From assembly GCA_038087875.1 (NCBI GenBank), contig CM075993.1, forward strand, positions 248,001-312,000: a DNA stretch of 64,000 nt, written 5' to 3'. The notes below the pieces were generated by a model that worked only from the letters and a program-made list of their open reading frames with translations, ran no database searches and had not been told where the DNA came from. Source of the DNA: Malacoraja senta. Its lineage: Eukaryota. Made by a program: the position numbers and the translations under genes. Shown one piece after another: positions 13,801-23,926 of this stretch. Every line of letters starts with the position of its first letter. The first letter of the stretch is position 1.

Positions 13801-14809
13801 GGAGGCAGCAAGCATGTATCGCTTCCACATGGATGGGGATGAGGGGAATGAGGACAATGTGGGCCTCGTGTCTCCTTCCATGGGGTCTCACAGGAAGGCG
13901 CTGAGACACGACCAGCAACTGGTGGACCAGGGGAGGAACGTGACCCCGAGACGCCGGTTTGGTCTTCACCAATCGTCCAGCTCCCGCCGGCCGAGGGAAG
14001 AGTACCGACTGCTGGGGATCAGCCAGGACCCTCGTTGCTTCAGCTCCTGTGTGGACATCTTTGTGTCCTCTACCGAGGCCTGGCACACTCCACCGAAAAC
14101 CCAAGAGGGAGCGGGTTCTCCAAGGTACCTGCCGCCTCTTCAGGCCGACTTTGGAGGAGCTGTAACTGAGTCTGTGTCGGTAGCACGAGCAAAGCTGGGG
14201 ACCCGTCTCTCCTTTCCCCTGGAGAGTTCCAGGGCGGCTAGCTGCTTCCTCCCATTTGTGCCTGGCTCATCCCATACACCAATGGGGAAGACCAGAAGTG
14301 CTGTATTCGGCCCAGAAGGTCTGGTGACAGGCAAAGAAGAAAGCTCTGACTATGACTGCATTGTGGATTATGTCCCCTCTGTAAACGACCCTCCATGGCC
14401 TCCGTATGGCAGCATGCTTCGTAAGAATATGCCTGAAGAACTGGTAATGGTTGAAGCTTCTCGCCAAACGTTGATGTCGTCTCCAGCGATGATGTGTGAA
14501 CAACGGCACCAGCTGGCAGGGGTTGAGGATGACGCTGATGGTGGTACCTCCAAAATCTCCAAACTCAGAGCACAGGTGCCGGGAACATTCCCAAAGTCTG
14601 AAAACTTTCTAACAGTTGCACCGGATAGATTCACCTCCCCAAGGTCAAAGAGTCTTCACGGACACCACAGGAAAGCCATGCTGATGGTGGGAGAAAGCTT
14701 TGATAGACCCAAGCAGGCCTTCAGCACCAAGGATCTGCGTCAGGGCTGGGAGGAGTCGAGTGGTCAAGCAGCAGATCTGGAGGAGAACGCCACAGAGACT
14801 CCTTGCTAA
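1639..14809 (+). CDS. TRPM1: TRPM1 (melastatin) cation channel, 3' part; exons 1639-1889, 5085-5259, 7457-7477, 8304-8448, 11657-11847, 12430-12562, 13573-14809; 5' exons lie upstream of the window
   Basis: Spliced translation gives TRPM1/3 S3-S6, the pore [25 protein letters not shown] box VWKFQRY and the coiled coil [23 protein letters not shown] is TRPM1-specific, and synteny with MTMR10/FAN1 agrees. All introns are GT-AG with consistent phases except the first exon (251 nt, frameshift). Confidence 0.95.
2750..3600 (-). mobile_element. Degraded CR1-like LINE fragment with an inserted short repeat at 2882-2977
   Basis: Minus [35 protein letters not shown] is a CR1 ORF2 RT N-terminal motif. 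Confidence 0.7.
3925..4226 (-). mobile_element. tRNA-derived SINE, near full length
   Basis: Minus strand ggcacgatggcgcagcggtagag (A box) and ggttcgatcc (B box); TCTAAA tail. Confidence 0.8.
5085..5259 (+). CDS. TRPM1: TRPM1 exon S5-pore helix ([20 protein letters not shown]...GEVFADQID); alternative donor after 5277
   Basis: gcag|ATG acceptor; GAC C|gtaaga donor; second a|gtaaga donor 18 nt downstream. Confidence 0.95.
5821..6540 (-). mobile_element. Rex-Babar/L2-like LINE 3' fragment (second copy)
   Basis: ORF 6027-6341 ...[17 protein letters not shown]; closely similar to 531-1330. Confidence 0.8.
6944..7272. repeat. G-rich minisatellite (ccagtgagcactggcgggg variants)
   Basis: Visible tandem units in a TRPM1 intron. 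Confidence 0.8.
7457..7477 (+). CDS. TRPM1: TRPM1 21-nt pore microexon (L)YAMEIN(P)
   Basis: caccag|TCTACGCCATGGAGATTAATC|gtaagt; phase 1-1. Confidence 0.93.
8304..8448 (+). CDS. TRPM1: TRPM1 exon, outer pore and S6 ([22 protein letters not shown]...NLLIAVFN)
   Basis: tgtag|CTCCGTGC acceptor; TTTAA|gtaaga donor; translated by hand. Confidence 0.95.
8944..9805 (-). mobile_element. Probable solo LTR (ERV-like), antisense to TRPM1
   Basis: Minus strand starts TGAAA and ends ...ACA; TATAAAAG at 9199-9192 lies upstream of AATAAA at 9022-9017; no TSD found. Confidence 0.45.
10250..10605. repeat. G-rich minisatellite (gggtgggtgtaaggatggggt)n
   Basis: Visible tandem array; potential G-quadruplex sequence. 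Confidence 0.85.
11657..11847 (+). CDS. TRPM1: TRPM1 exon, TRP domain ([22 protein letters not shown]...ERDRGL)
   Basis: ttacag|CAAC acceptor; CTA A|gtgtgt donor; TRP box WKFQR. Confidence 0.93.
12430..12562 (+). CDS. TRPM1: TRPM1 exon ([18 protein letters not shown]...ERIRITAER)
   Basis: gacag|AACTG acceptor; GAG AG|gtgacc donor. Confidence 0.92.
13573..14809 (+). CDS. TRPM1: TRPM1 last coding exon (coiled coil plus long C-terminal tail ending ATETPC*)
   Basis: tgtag|G GTG GAG AAC ATG acceptor; 411-aa ORF 13574-14809. Confidence 0.93.
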
Positions 14810-15712
14810 TCAGACCCCTCAGCCTCAACCCCCCAGATCCCAACTGTAGTTCACAACCCTCACCAAAGGCCAGAGGCACTGGATGCTTCCTTCCTCACAA
14901 CCTCCCTCCTCTTTCTGCCCCACACCCAACTGATGAAGGACATACTAGCAATTTCCTGGGAATGTCCCTAGTGACCATTCAAGAGTGAGCTTGGACGGTG
15001 AACATTCTCCCATGGGATGTGCATTTCTGGAAAGGCAGCGTTTGTTGCCCATCCTGGCAGCATTGAGAAGGTGGTGATGAGACTCTTCCTGAACCAGCAC
15101 AGACCTACTGGTGTAGATGTTCCCACAGCTCTGTTGGACCAGCGATGATGGAGGAATGCCAATGTACTTTTGTTTGGCAGCCTGCAGCTAAGGGAATTCT
15201 CTTGCGGCTGGGTGGTGAAGGTTGATTGTTGGAAGGTGTTGTCCCTAGCCGACATGAGGAACTATGCAGCACTTTGAAGATAGTGAGCCCTACATCCATG
15301 GTGTTGGATGGGATGTACATCTATGGAGGTTGTGTCCTGCATGGAGGAGCTGCAGAAAGTTTATTTATCTTGCAAGCAAAGGGAATTATTCTACCTCGTT
15401 TCATTCCTTCAGGCAGACAGTCAGCTGACAGTTGCAGTGACACATGCTCGTAGCTTATCCACTCATTCTATCTCCTGCTGGAGCCTCTGTCAGCCTTGGT
15501 TCCTTTCACTGCTTCAGAGGCTGCCCTACATTCTGGAGCTCTGCACTGTCAATACATTGCTGTGTGGGCTTAGAATGCCCTAGTAATTTCCCACAATGTG
15601 CTATATTGTTTAAAGTTCTTCTTTATTGTGTTTGTGAATCAGTCAACAACACCTAAAAGTCACTTATTTTCTTGTTTAGACAGTATGTGAAATTTTCATA
15701 GGAATCAGAAGT

Positions 15713-15718
15713 AATAAA
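15713..15718 (+). terminator. Candidate TRPM1 polyadenylation signal (AATAAA)
   Basis: First AATAAA I found after the stop; followed by T-rich sequence. Confidence 0.5.
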
Positions 15719-15944
15719 ATTGTCTCTTTTGACTAATTTCTCTGTACTTCATTGAACTACCCACCACATGTATACTTGGGATTTATTAGGATTTGTTCTT
15801 GTACTTCCCTGTGTGAGATCCTGCAGTAGGCTGTTCCCAGCGATAACTGTCTGGGTGTTGTAAATGAGCCGAGACATTTTGGCATCAAGTGCCACTTCCT
15901 GCAGATGTTCCAAAGAGCTGCACAGCCGGAGGGTGGGTTGCAGT

Positions 15945-16640
15945 CAGGCACTTGCCGTGAGTAATTAGTTGGGGTAGTCAGTCGGCTTAAAAAAATCTTG
16001 AAAACTGCGCATGCGCAGATTGTTCTCTCGACTTTTAACAATTTGTCTTCAATAGGTCCTATCTCTTAATAAAGTTTTTAAAAACATATAGCTCAAAGAA
16101 ATTTACTTAACATATTATTTGTACACAAAATCCATTCTTCTCTCTTTGTTTCCTGTTGTACTAAGCTGTTTTAAATGTTCTAATTGTTTTTGTTCCTTTG
16201 CGCTATTGAAGTTCTTTAAGTTCTGGCGTTGGTCCGCCATTTTTAATTATTTTGGTCTTTTCCATGTAAGTTTGCTTCGAGAAACTCTTCAGGTAATCAC
16301 TATCCATCTTTGAAAAACCGCCAAGAAACTTGCGCATGCGCAGTAGGCTGGTGTGCATGCGCAGTGCGCTTTGCAGCACATGCACGCAGTCCACGGTGTA
16401 AAGTCAGAATTTCAGCTGCCTTTAAGGACCGTTCCCACTGATGGCTGGAAGCATCGTCGACGGCACGCGAATCGCACATACTTCCGCTTTTTAAATGTGC
16501 TGCGGGTGAAAGGCACGGGAGAATTATGCTTCCCTAAGAGATTATATATGTTTTATATATATTTTATATATATATAAAATAATGACCATTTTATAATTTT
16601 AGTCAGGGTAGGCACTGCCTACCCTGACGGCACATGCCTG
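15945..16640. mobile_element. Non-autonomous hAT-type DNA transposon
   Basis: Exact 8-bp TSD gttgcagt at 15937-15944 and 16641-16648; 16-bp imperfect TIR caggcacttgccgtga / tgacggcacatgcctg. Confidence 0.85.
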
Positions 16641-17590
16641 GTTGCAGTATACAGTATTTACCGTTATAACAGAGGAAACGCAGCATGATTTCTGCACAGC
16701 CTGTCCCACAGCTCGGTTACATTGGTGCAACTTTGTATTGGACACCAGTAGTAGATGGTGCTGATGAATGAGATAGAGCTGCTGTCTCATGGTGCTTGAA
16801 ACTCAGGTTCAATACTTACCTTGTGTGCTGTCCGTGTGGAGTTTGCATGTTCACCCTGTGCCCATGTGGGTTTCCTCTGAGTATTCCAGTTTTCTCCCAC
16901 ACTGTGTTGGCAGGTTAATTGGCGACTAAATTGCCCCTGAAGTGCAATGAGTGGCAGAATGTGGGGTGTGAGTGTCTCATGTCTGTGACACCAGGTGGTG
17001 GGTTCTAGCCCCACCCCAGGGTGCTGTGTACAGTGTCTGTGTTGTCTCCCAGCCCAGACCTGAGGTGGGTGTACCTGCTGATTCGGGTAAAAGATAAGGT
17101 GTAGGAACAAGGAACTGCAGATGCTCATTTACACAAAAGGACACATAGTGCTGGAGTAACCCAGCGGGTCAGGCAGTATCCCTGGATATTATAGATCGGT
17201 GACGTTTCAGGTCGGGACCTTCTGCAGCACAGAAACCTCACACTCCAAACCCACCCCCTCCCCTTCCAAATCCCTCACACTCACCACCACCCCTTCCCTC
17301 CCCTCTCAGTTCAGTTTTAGTTTATTGTCACCTGTACCGAGGTACAGTGAAAAGCTTTTGTTGCGTGCTAACCAGTCAGCGGAAAGACAATACATGATTA
17401 CAATCAAGCCATTTACAGTGTATAGATACATGATAAGGGAATAACGTTTAGTGCAAGGTAACTCCAGCAAAGTCCGATCAAATATAGTCCGAGGGTCTCC
17501 AATGAGGTAGATGGGAGGTCAGGACCGCTCTCTCGTTGGTGAGAGGACGGTTCAGTTGCCTGATAACAGCCGGGAAGAAACTGTCCTTGA

Positions 17591-19771
17591 ATTAGGCTTT
17601 GGGCCGAACATCGAAAATGTGTTTAGAATTTAACTTTCGTGACCCATGTCTGGTATCTGCTTGAAATTTGGCACAGATTTAGATAAAATATTATTGAGAA
17701 GGAATTCATAACTCGTCAGTGCAAAAAGTTGCGCAATAATTAATTAAGCTAATTAGAAAAAGTAACAGCGCCCTCTTGTGCTCAATAATAGGGAGTTGTA
17801 TATTACTCTTTGGGCAGCTGTGGTAGCGTCGAGACTCGAATGGGAACATTGAATATAGCTTTTTCATTTAGTTTCATGACCCAACTCACAGAACTACCTG
17901 AATTTTTAACATATTGTGTAAAAATATTATATAAATCATACCTGAAACTCGTCAAGAACAAAACCTGCACATTTTTAAGAAATATGAGAAAAACCTCAAA
18001 TTTTCTAGGTAGTAATTGCCCAATCAATGCACGTTTGACATTGAGGTCGGATGCAAATTGGCCAAACGCGCTTTGTTTTATGGTTGCTAGGCAGCGAGGA
18101 CACTGGGATCATGGCTGCCTCCTCATGACATCAATAGCAATAGCAAGGTTTCCAAGGATAAAGGTAATGCTAACCTTGCTGATCATTTTGTTTTTCATTT
18201 GATTTATCTTTATAATGTGTACTGGTAAATAAAAATGATAAATAACAAATGTAGAGCTAGGGTTAGGATTAGGGTCAGTCTGTTTGTCAGTCAGTCTGTC
18301 TGTCTGTCAATCTGTCGGTCGGGCCGTCGGTGGTGAGCCTTGGGACGGGCCTCCGCCGGGAGGTGAGGGTTGTGCCTCCGGGACGAGAGCGTTGGGCCGG
18401 GCCTCCGGTGAGTGCTGCGAGGAGTCGGTCGGGCTATCGGTCGATGTTGCAGCAAGCGAGCGGGCGGTCTGATGGAGCCGGCGCTATCTGGGTGCTGAAG
18501 GCGGCCTGGGCGACGTGCAAGGCAGTGCTGCCCCCCTCCATCGCCACCACCAGAAGGGCATGCTGGCCGAGATGGACGCGCTGTGGGGCCACAGTACGGA
18601 GCCCGCAGCCGGTCCCAAAGCGGCTCCAGCTCCAGCCTTGGGCAGCTGTGGGAGGTGGGCGAGTTGGGGTTAGGGGGCATTTTCCTGCCTTGGCCTTCTC
18701 CCAGCCTGACACTGCCCCAGTCCCACTATGGCCGTGACCCCCACTCTGCACACTGGCAGTCAGTGGGGTTCAGTAAACGGGGGAACCCAGAAGAACTGCC
18801 CTGACCTATTAGGCTGGTTCAAGAGGACCTCTGCGGCAGTCTCATTTAAAAAAAAAAATTATATTATATTATTTTTATAGAATACAATTTTATATATATA
18901 CTAGACCAAGTGCAGACCCGTTGGGTCTGGACACCGAACGTGCGTTTGCGGGGGTGGGGGTGGTGCTGTGGCGTCACACTAACCACCCCCTTTCCTCCAA
19001 AGCACGGAATCCCGGCACCCACAAACACACACACACTCATCACACCCCTTGATATTATTTTAATTTTTTAATTTGCTTCTTTTATCCCATCTCCACCCTA
19101 TCCACTGACGAATAGCCCTCACCTCTCAGATGCGTCTAGAGGGGTTGGGGCTAATGGGGTTGGGGGGGAGGGGATTGTGACATCACACAATGGAAACTTC
19201 ACTAACATTCTATGGCTGAGAGCTGTTTTTTAAACATTTTGAAATGTTGGGGGGGGGGGGGGGGGGGAGAAGTATTTTATTTTAAAAAGTGTACACAAAC
19301 ACGACCAAATTTAATCAGGAGTGTCTATTCGTAAAGATAAATGTAATCTCTAGAAATGGTAAAAAATATCGGCGTTTCCGCGTGCTGTGTGGGCCTAGGG
19401 CGGTATCAAAGGGGATTTGATGGCAGACACAAGTCAGGCGGATGGCAGCCACAGAGTTTTAATATAATAATATAGAAGATAGAGAGATAGATAGATGTAT
19501 ATGTATGGTATAATAATATATAGTTTAAATAGACCAACACGGAATTAGGCTCCCCATGGTGTAATATGGGCATTGGACACTAGATGGCGCTTACTTTTCC
19601 GATCTAATTTTCTAATTAGTTTAATTAATTAATGTGCAACTTTTGGCACTGACGAGTTATGACTTCTCAATTATATTTCATCTAAATCTGTGCAAAATTT
19701 CATGTAGTTCTGAGACGTGGGTCACAAAAATGGATTTCTACACATTTTTGATGCTCGGCCCACAGCCTAAT
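17591..19771. mobile_element. Composite element bounded by about 190-bp imperfect inverted repeats (non-autonomous DNA transposon or foldback with cargo)
   Basis: 17591-17785 (attaggctttgggccgaacatc...cataactcgtcagtgcaaaaagttgc...) is the reverse complement of 19575-19771 (...gcaacttttggcactgacgagttatg...gatgctcggcccacagcctaat); possible TA or AT TSD. Confidence 0.75.
18901..19479 (-). mobile_element. Non-autonomous Helitron
   Basis: Minus strand 5' TC start, 3' hairpin cagaccc-aac-gggtctg then cacttggtCTAG end; inserted between host A and T with no TSD. Confidence 0.8.
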
Positions 19772-19946
19772 ACTATTTACGCTAATTATACGGGACGGGT
19801 AACTGTTCACCGCGGGAATTTCAGTCTTTTAATCCATGATCTACGGGAGAGGACGCTGGTGGACAAAGATCCTGGTGGATATGAGGCGACTTTTGAAACA
19901 AATTCAGGAGGTGAAACTCAGGCAAGAGTCCGACTGGAGGTGTAAG
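19772..19946 (+). pseudogene. Orphan Ig V-set domain exon remnant (CD2/SLAM-like)
   Basis: YTGRVTVHRGNFSLLIHDLRE..DPGGYEATF....ARVRLEV* matches V-set D-E-F-G strand motifs; phase-1 donor G|gtgagt directly after an in-frame TAA; 5' part cut by the TIR. Confidence 0.6.
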
Positions 19947-20926
19947 GTGAGTGAGACTGCCGCAGAGGTCCCGGGTTTCACCGGCTTCTGAACCCGCCTA
20001 ATTAATGGGTGAGGGCAGATCCTGTTCCTTCCTCAGTTTACTGAACCCCACTGACTGCCAGTTACTTACCTCTGGTAGACACACTTGCTGGAGTAATTCA
20101 GCGGGTCAAGCAGCATCTCTGGAGAAAATGGATAGGCGACGTTTCGGGTCCAGACCCCCCTTCTGTTTGAGAGTGAGGGGAGAGAGAAACTAAAGATATC
20201 TGTATCTCTCAGTCTGAAGAAGGGACTCGACCCCAAACGTCACCTATTCCTTTTCTCCAGAGATGTTGCCTGTCCAGCATCGTGCGTCCACCAGAGGAAA
20301 GTAACTTTGTTTTAGGTACTTTGCACGAACCAGTGTCCAGGATCGCAGGACTAGATCTGGATGAGTAAGTAGACTGTTCATTAAGTCTTAGCGGCCTCAA
20401 TCACCGCCTGACCTCGGGCTGTCTCCCAACCCATCTCGGAGAATGAAGCACGACTTGCGGTACATTTTGGGGTCACGGTGAGGTGTACCCCTCTCTGCAC
20501 AGCGAGATCATTCCTCACTGCATTGCCGGGAACCTGTTGCTGTACTGCGCTCGCTGTAACTGAAACGAACAGGCGAATCTTTCTAATCCCTACGGTAATC
20601 GATGAGATGTTACATCAATTCAAACTTGGACACACTAAACAGCAAAAGTAGACTATTTAATCATTTATTTCCCAACCTTTTGGTTTACAATAATAATCAT
20701 GTCTTGGACCGGTCTCCTTTTTGGAGAACATTGTTACTTCAGTACAGTTGGGTATTCAAAGTATTCTTATCCAGAGTCTTTCTCAAAGTAGAACTCTTTC
20801 AAACGTATGCATGCACAGTAATCTGCAGTTGACCCTCTTGCAAAAACTAGATGACAACTTGCTGAAAGTTCAGTAATCAACAGTGGTTTATTCTGGTGTA
20901 GATAATCGTGAGGTTATTAGTTTCCC

Positions 20927-21206
20927 GTCACGTGATCCTAATGGACTCCTGCCCAGCTCGCCTGAAACAAAGCGCCTGATTGGTCAATCGGCGTCCGACT
21001 CAATGTCAAACGCGCTTTGATTGGACAATTACCACTAGGAAAATTGGAGCTTTTTTCCCATCTTTTAAAAATCTGTAATTTCCGTTTTTTAAATTTCCGT
21101 TTTAATTTATAATTTATTTAATGCTTCATAATAATAAGTTTCAGATAATGATTGATATAATATTTTAATATCAATACAGGTGGATATGGTCTCTGGCCCC
21201 GCCCCC
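20927..21206 (+). promoter_or_regulatory. Putative MTMR10 promoter: E-box CACGTG (20929), two inverted CCAAT boxes (20979, 21020), GC box (21195), followed by a CpG island
   Basis: Motifs read directly; located just upstream of the CpG-rich first exon. Confidence 0.6.
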
Positions 21207-21287
21207 AGTCTCCCCCGGTCGCCGTCAGTCTCCCCCGGTCGCCGCCCCGAGACGGACCCAGACCGAGACCGCGAGCGAGTGCCGGCG

Positions 21288-21453
21288 ATGATGAGCGGGA
21301 GGCCGGGCTTGAGGAGCTCGGTGGGGCCGGTGCCGGGGCCGGGGCCGGGGCCGGGGTCGCGGTTTGCCGGCTCTAACTGCTGTCTCTCCCCGCAGAGCTG
21401 CTCCCCGGGCCGGGCAGGGTCGCGGCGGCCGAGCGAGGCCGCGCTGTTACCGG
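21288..21453 (+). CDS. MTMR10: MTMR10 exon 1/2, copy 1 (MMSGRPGLRSS...EAALLP-G); possible in-frame mini-intron 21330-21395
   Basis: ATG in the CpG island; LLP G|gtgagt matches the MTMR10 LLPG junction; internal ctaac...ccccgcag acceptor. Confidence 0.65.
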
Positions 21454-21832
21454 GTGAGTGTTTACTCGAGGTCGGGGCCTCGGGGAGAAGCGCAAACCCG
21501 CCCCGGGGGGAAAGAGCGAGGCGGCGGCGGCGGCGGCCGAGTCTCCCCCTATTACCCCCCCTCAGGCCCCTCCATTACCCCCCGCCCGCCCGCCCGCCCA
21601 TTACAACCAGCCCGTCCCCTCCCTCACGGCGTTGCTCTCATGTTCTCAGCGCCATCAGCTGTTTCCGAGATAAACTGCCGGTTCTTCAACAAAAGCAAGT
21701 GGTGTTTTTAATCATGTTGTTGATTTGCAAAGTTAACCCGCGCCCTGACAGAGAGAAAGCCGGGACATCGACACCTGGGTGGCATCTGCCCCCTCGCCCC
21801 CTGGCAGCAACTGGCTGCACTGGGAGCGCCAT

Positions 21833-22520
21833 CTCCCCCCCCCCCCCTCCCTCTTCTCCACCCCCCCTCTTCTCCATCTACCCCCCTCCCTCTTCTCCAT
21901 CCACCCCCCTCCCTCTTCTCCATCCACCCCCCTCCCTCTTCTCCATCCACCCCCCTCCCTCTTCTCCATCCACCCCCCTCCCTCTTCTCCATCCACCCCC
22001 CTCCCTCTTCTCCATCCACCCCCCTCCCTCTTCTCCATCCACCCCCCTCCCTCTTCTCCATCCACCCCCCTCCCTCTTCTCCATCCACCCCCCCTCCCTC
22101 TTCTCCATCCACCCCCCCTCCCTCTTCTCCATCCACCCCCCCTCCCTCTTCTCCATCCACCCCCCTCCCTCTTCTCCACCCCCTCCCTCTTCTCCACCCC
22201 CTCCCTCTTCTCCACCCCCTCCCTCTTCTCCACCCCCCTCCCTCTTCTCCACCCCCCTCCCTCTTCTCCACCCCTCCCTCTTCTCCACCCCCCCTCCCTC
22301 TTCTCCACCCCCTCTCCCTCTTCTCCACCCCCTCCCTCTTCTCCACCCCCCTCTTCTCCATCCCCCTCCCTCTTCTCCACCCCCCTCCCTCTTCTCAATC
22401 CCCCCTCTCTCTTCTCCATCCCCTCCCTCTTCTCCATCCCACCCCCCCTCTTCTCCACCCCCCTCCCTCTTCTCCACCCCCCCCCTCCATCCTCTTCACC
22501 TCCCTCCCTCCATCCCCTCC
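21833..22520. repeat. Polypyrimidine minisatellite (ccctcttctccatccaccc)n; shorter version at 29515-29800
   Basis: Visible tandem array. Confidence 0.9.
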
Positions 22521-23926
22521 CAGCATCCCGTCAAATGGGAAGGAGCTGGAATATCCGGCATGTGTGTACCCACACTGTTGGGTCCATTGAAGGGGTGCCA
22601 GCTCGTTGTGTGGGATGCACGCTGGACCAAAGCAGACCACTGGTTTGCCTGGGTGGAGTTGTAGTGGATTAACTGTGTGCGGGATAATGTGGTCTATTAT
22701 TGATTTCCCCTCTATCCTGTCTTGGAGCTTTTATCTCAGTACAGGCCAGTGTTTACATAATGAGTAACACACGGCAGAGCCAGGGACCAGGCTCAGTCCT
22801 GACCTTGGCTGCTGTCTGTGTAGTTTGCATGTTATTCTGTGACGGTGTAATGGCTTGCTTCTGTTCTGTATCTCGCCACGAGTCTACATCCACCTGTGCA
22901 GATACACCATTGAATTGTTGTTCATGTTGAAAAGACGTTAACAGAGGGTCTTTGCGTGAGCATGAGGCTCCCATTTCCCCATCATGTGCCACGATATGCC
23001 CACCAGCCGATCACACCATACAACCAGGTCATGGCCGATTGGCATTTCCCTCCAGCCGCCGCCTTCCACTAACCTCAACTGTGCCACATCCATGAGATTG
23101 TGTTGACATTTCTAATGCAGCAGCTTGTTACTGGACTTGCAAAGTTCCCCTTCCCTGTGAAGTTCTGTTAGAATTGTGAGCATTTCACCCTGCACAATCT
23201 TGTCCTGTTATAATCTTGCATCGAGATTTGTTTTCGTTCCAGAAAAACATTTCCAGACGACATTGAATCTCATAAAACTCCCAAAAGCCGCGGGGATTCC
23301 GGCCTCAGGTTTCAACAAAAATCTGCTGAAGTCAAAGTTGGTTCAGAATAATTTTAGAATCTAGAAATCTCTCAGTAAATGTTGATTGAAAAATATCAAA
23401 TGGAAATACGGAGAATGTATTTGACTGGTGAAGGTGGGAATGATGGGATGGGTTGGCAGGGAGGCAGATTTTGTCCAGTGTAGAGGTGTGGGCAATGTGT
23501 CCATGGACTGGGAGTGCAGGGAGAGGGAGAGGCTGCCTCTCCCCCTGGGAGCAGCAACGGCCAACATTCCTTGCATTCCCTGAAATAGGCCGTTTTCCAA
23601 ACAGCATTTTGTTGAAGTGTTTGAAATGAGTCCTGTGAGGTTAGACCGATTTATAAACCGTCAGACATGAGAGTGCAGTGATGTGGTTTTGGTGTTGGTG
23701 CTAATTACACCTGCCACTGAGGTGGAATGTATAAGCATTGTGAAAGCTGTTCTTCACGAAACCACACACTTGGGGAGTTTGTCTTCCCCACAAAGCCCTT
23801 TCCTCTCTGCACCCTTTGGACACGGGCCGTGACTGGGTGGAACAGTAGTGTTCACTGCCGCTGGGGGCTCGTTGCATTGGGGCTGAAGTGGACAATGAGG
23901 TCATTGTTGCCTTGTGTTGATTTCAG

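Noticed and set aside
1639-14809. TRPM3 as the identity of the channel gene
   Set aside because: The LYAMEIN microexon and linkage to MTMR10/FAN1 indicate TRPM1.
21640-21711. ATG TTC TCA (MFS...) resembling the mammalian MTMR10 start
   Set aside because: Lies downstream of the LLPG exon, stops after 23 codons and has no suitable donor.
21180-22664. 494-aa Pro/Ser-rich ORF (and the 365-aa copy at 28845-29942)
   Set aside because: Read-through of MTMR10 exon 1/2 past its donor into a stop-poor pyrimidine minisatellite; its length differs between the copies.
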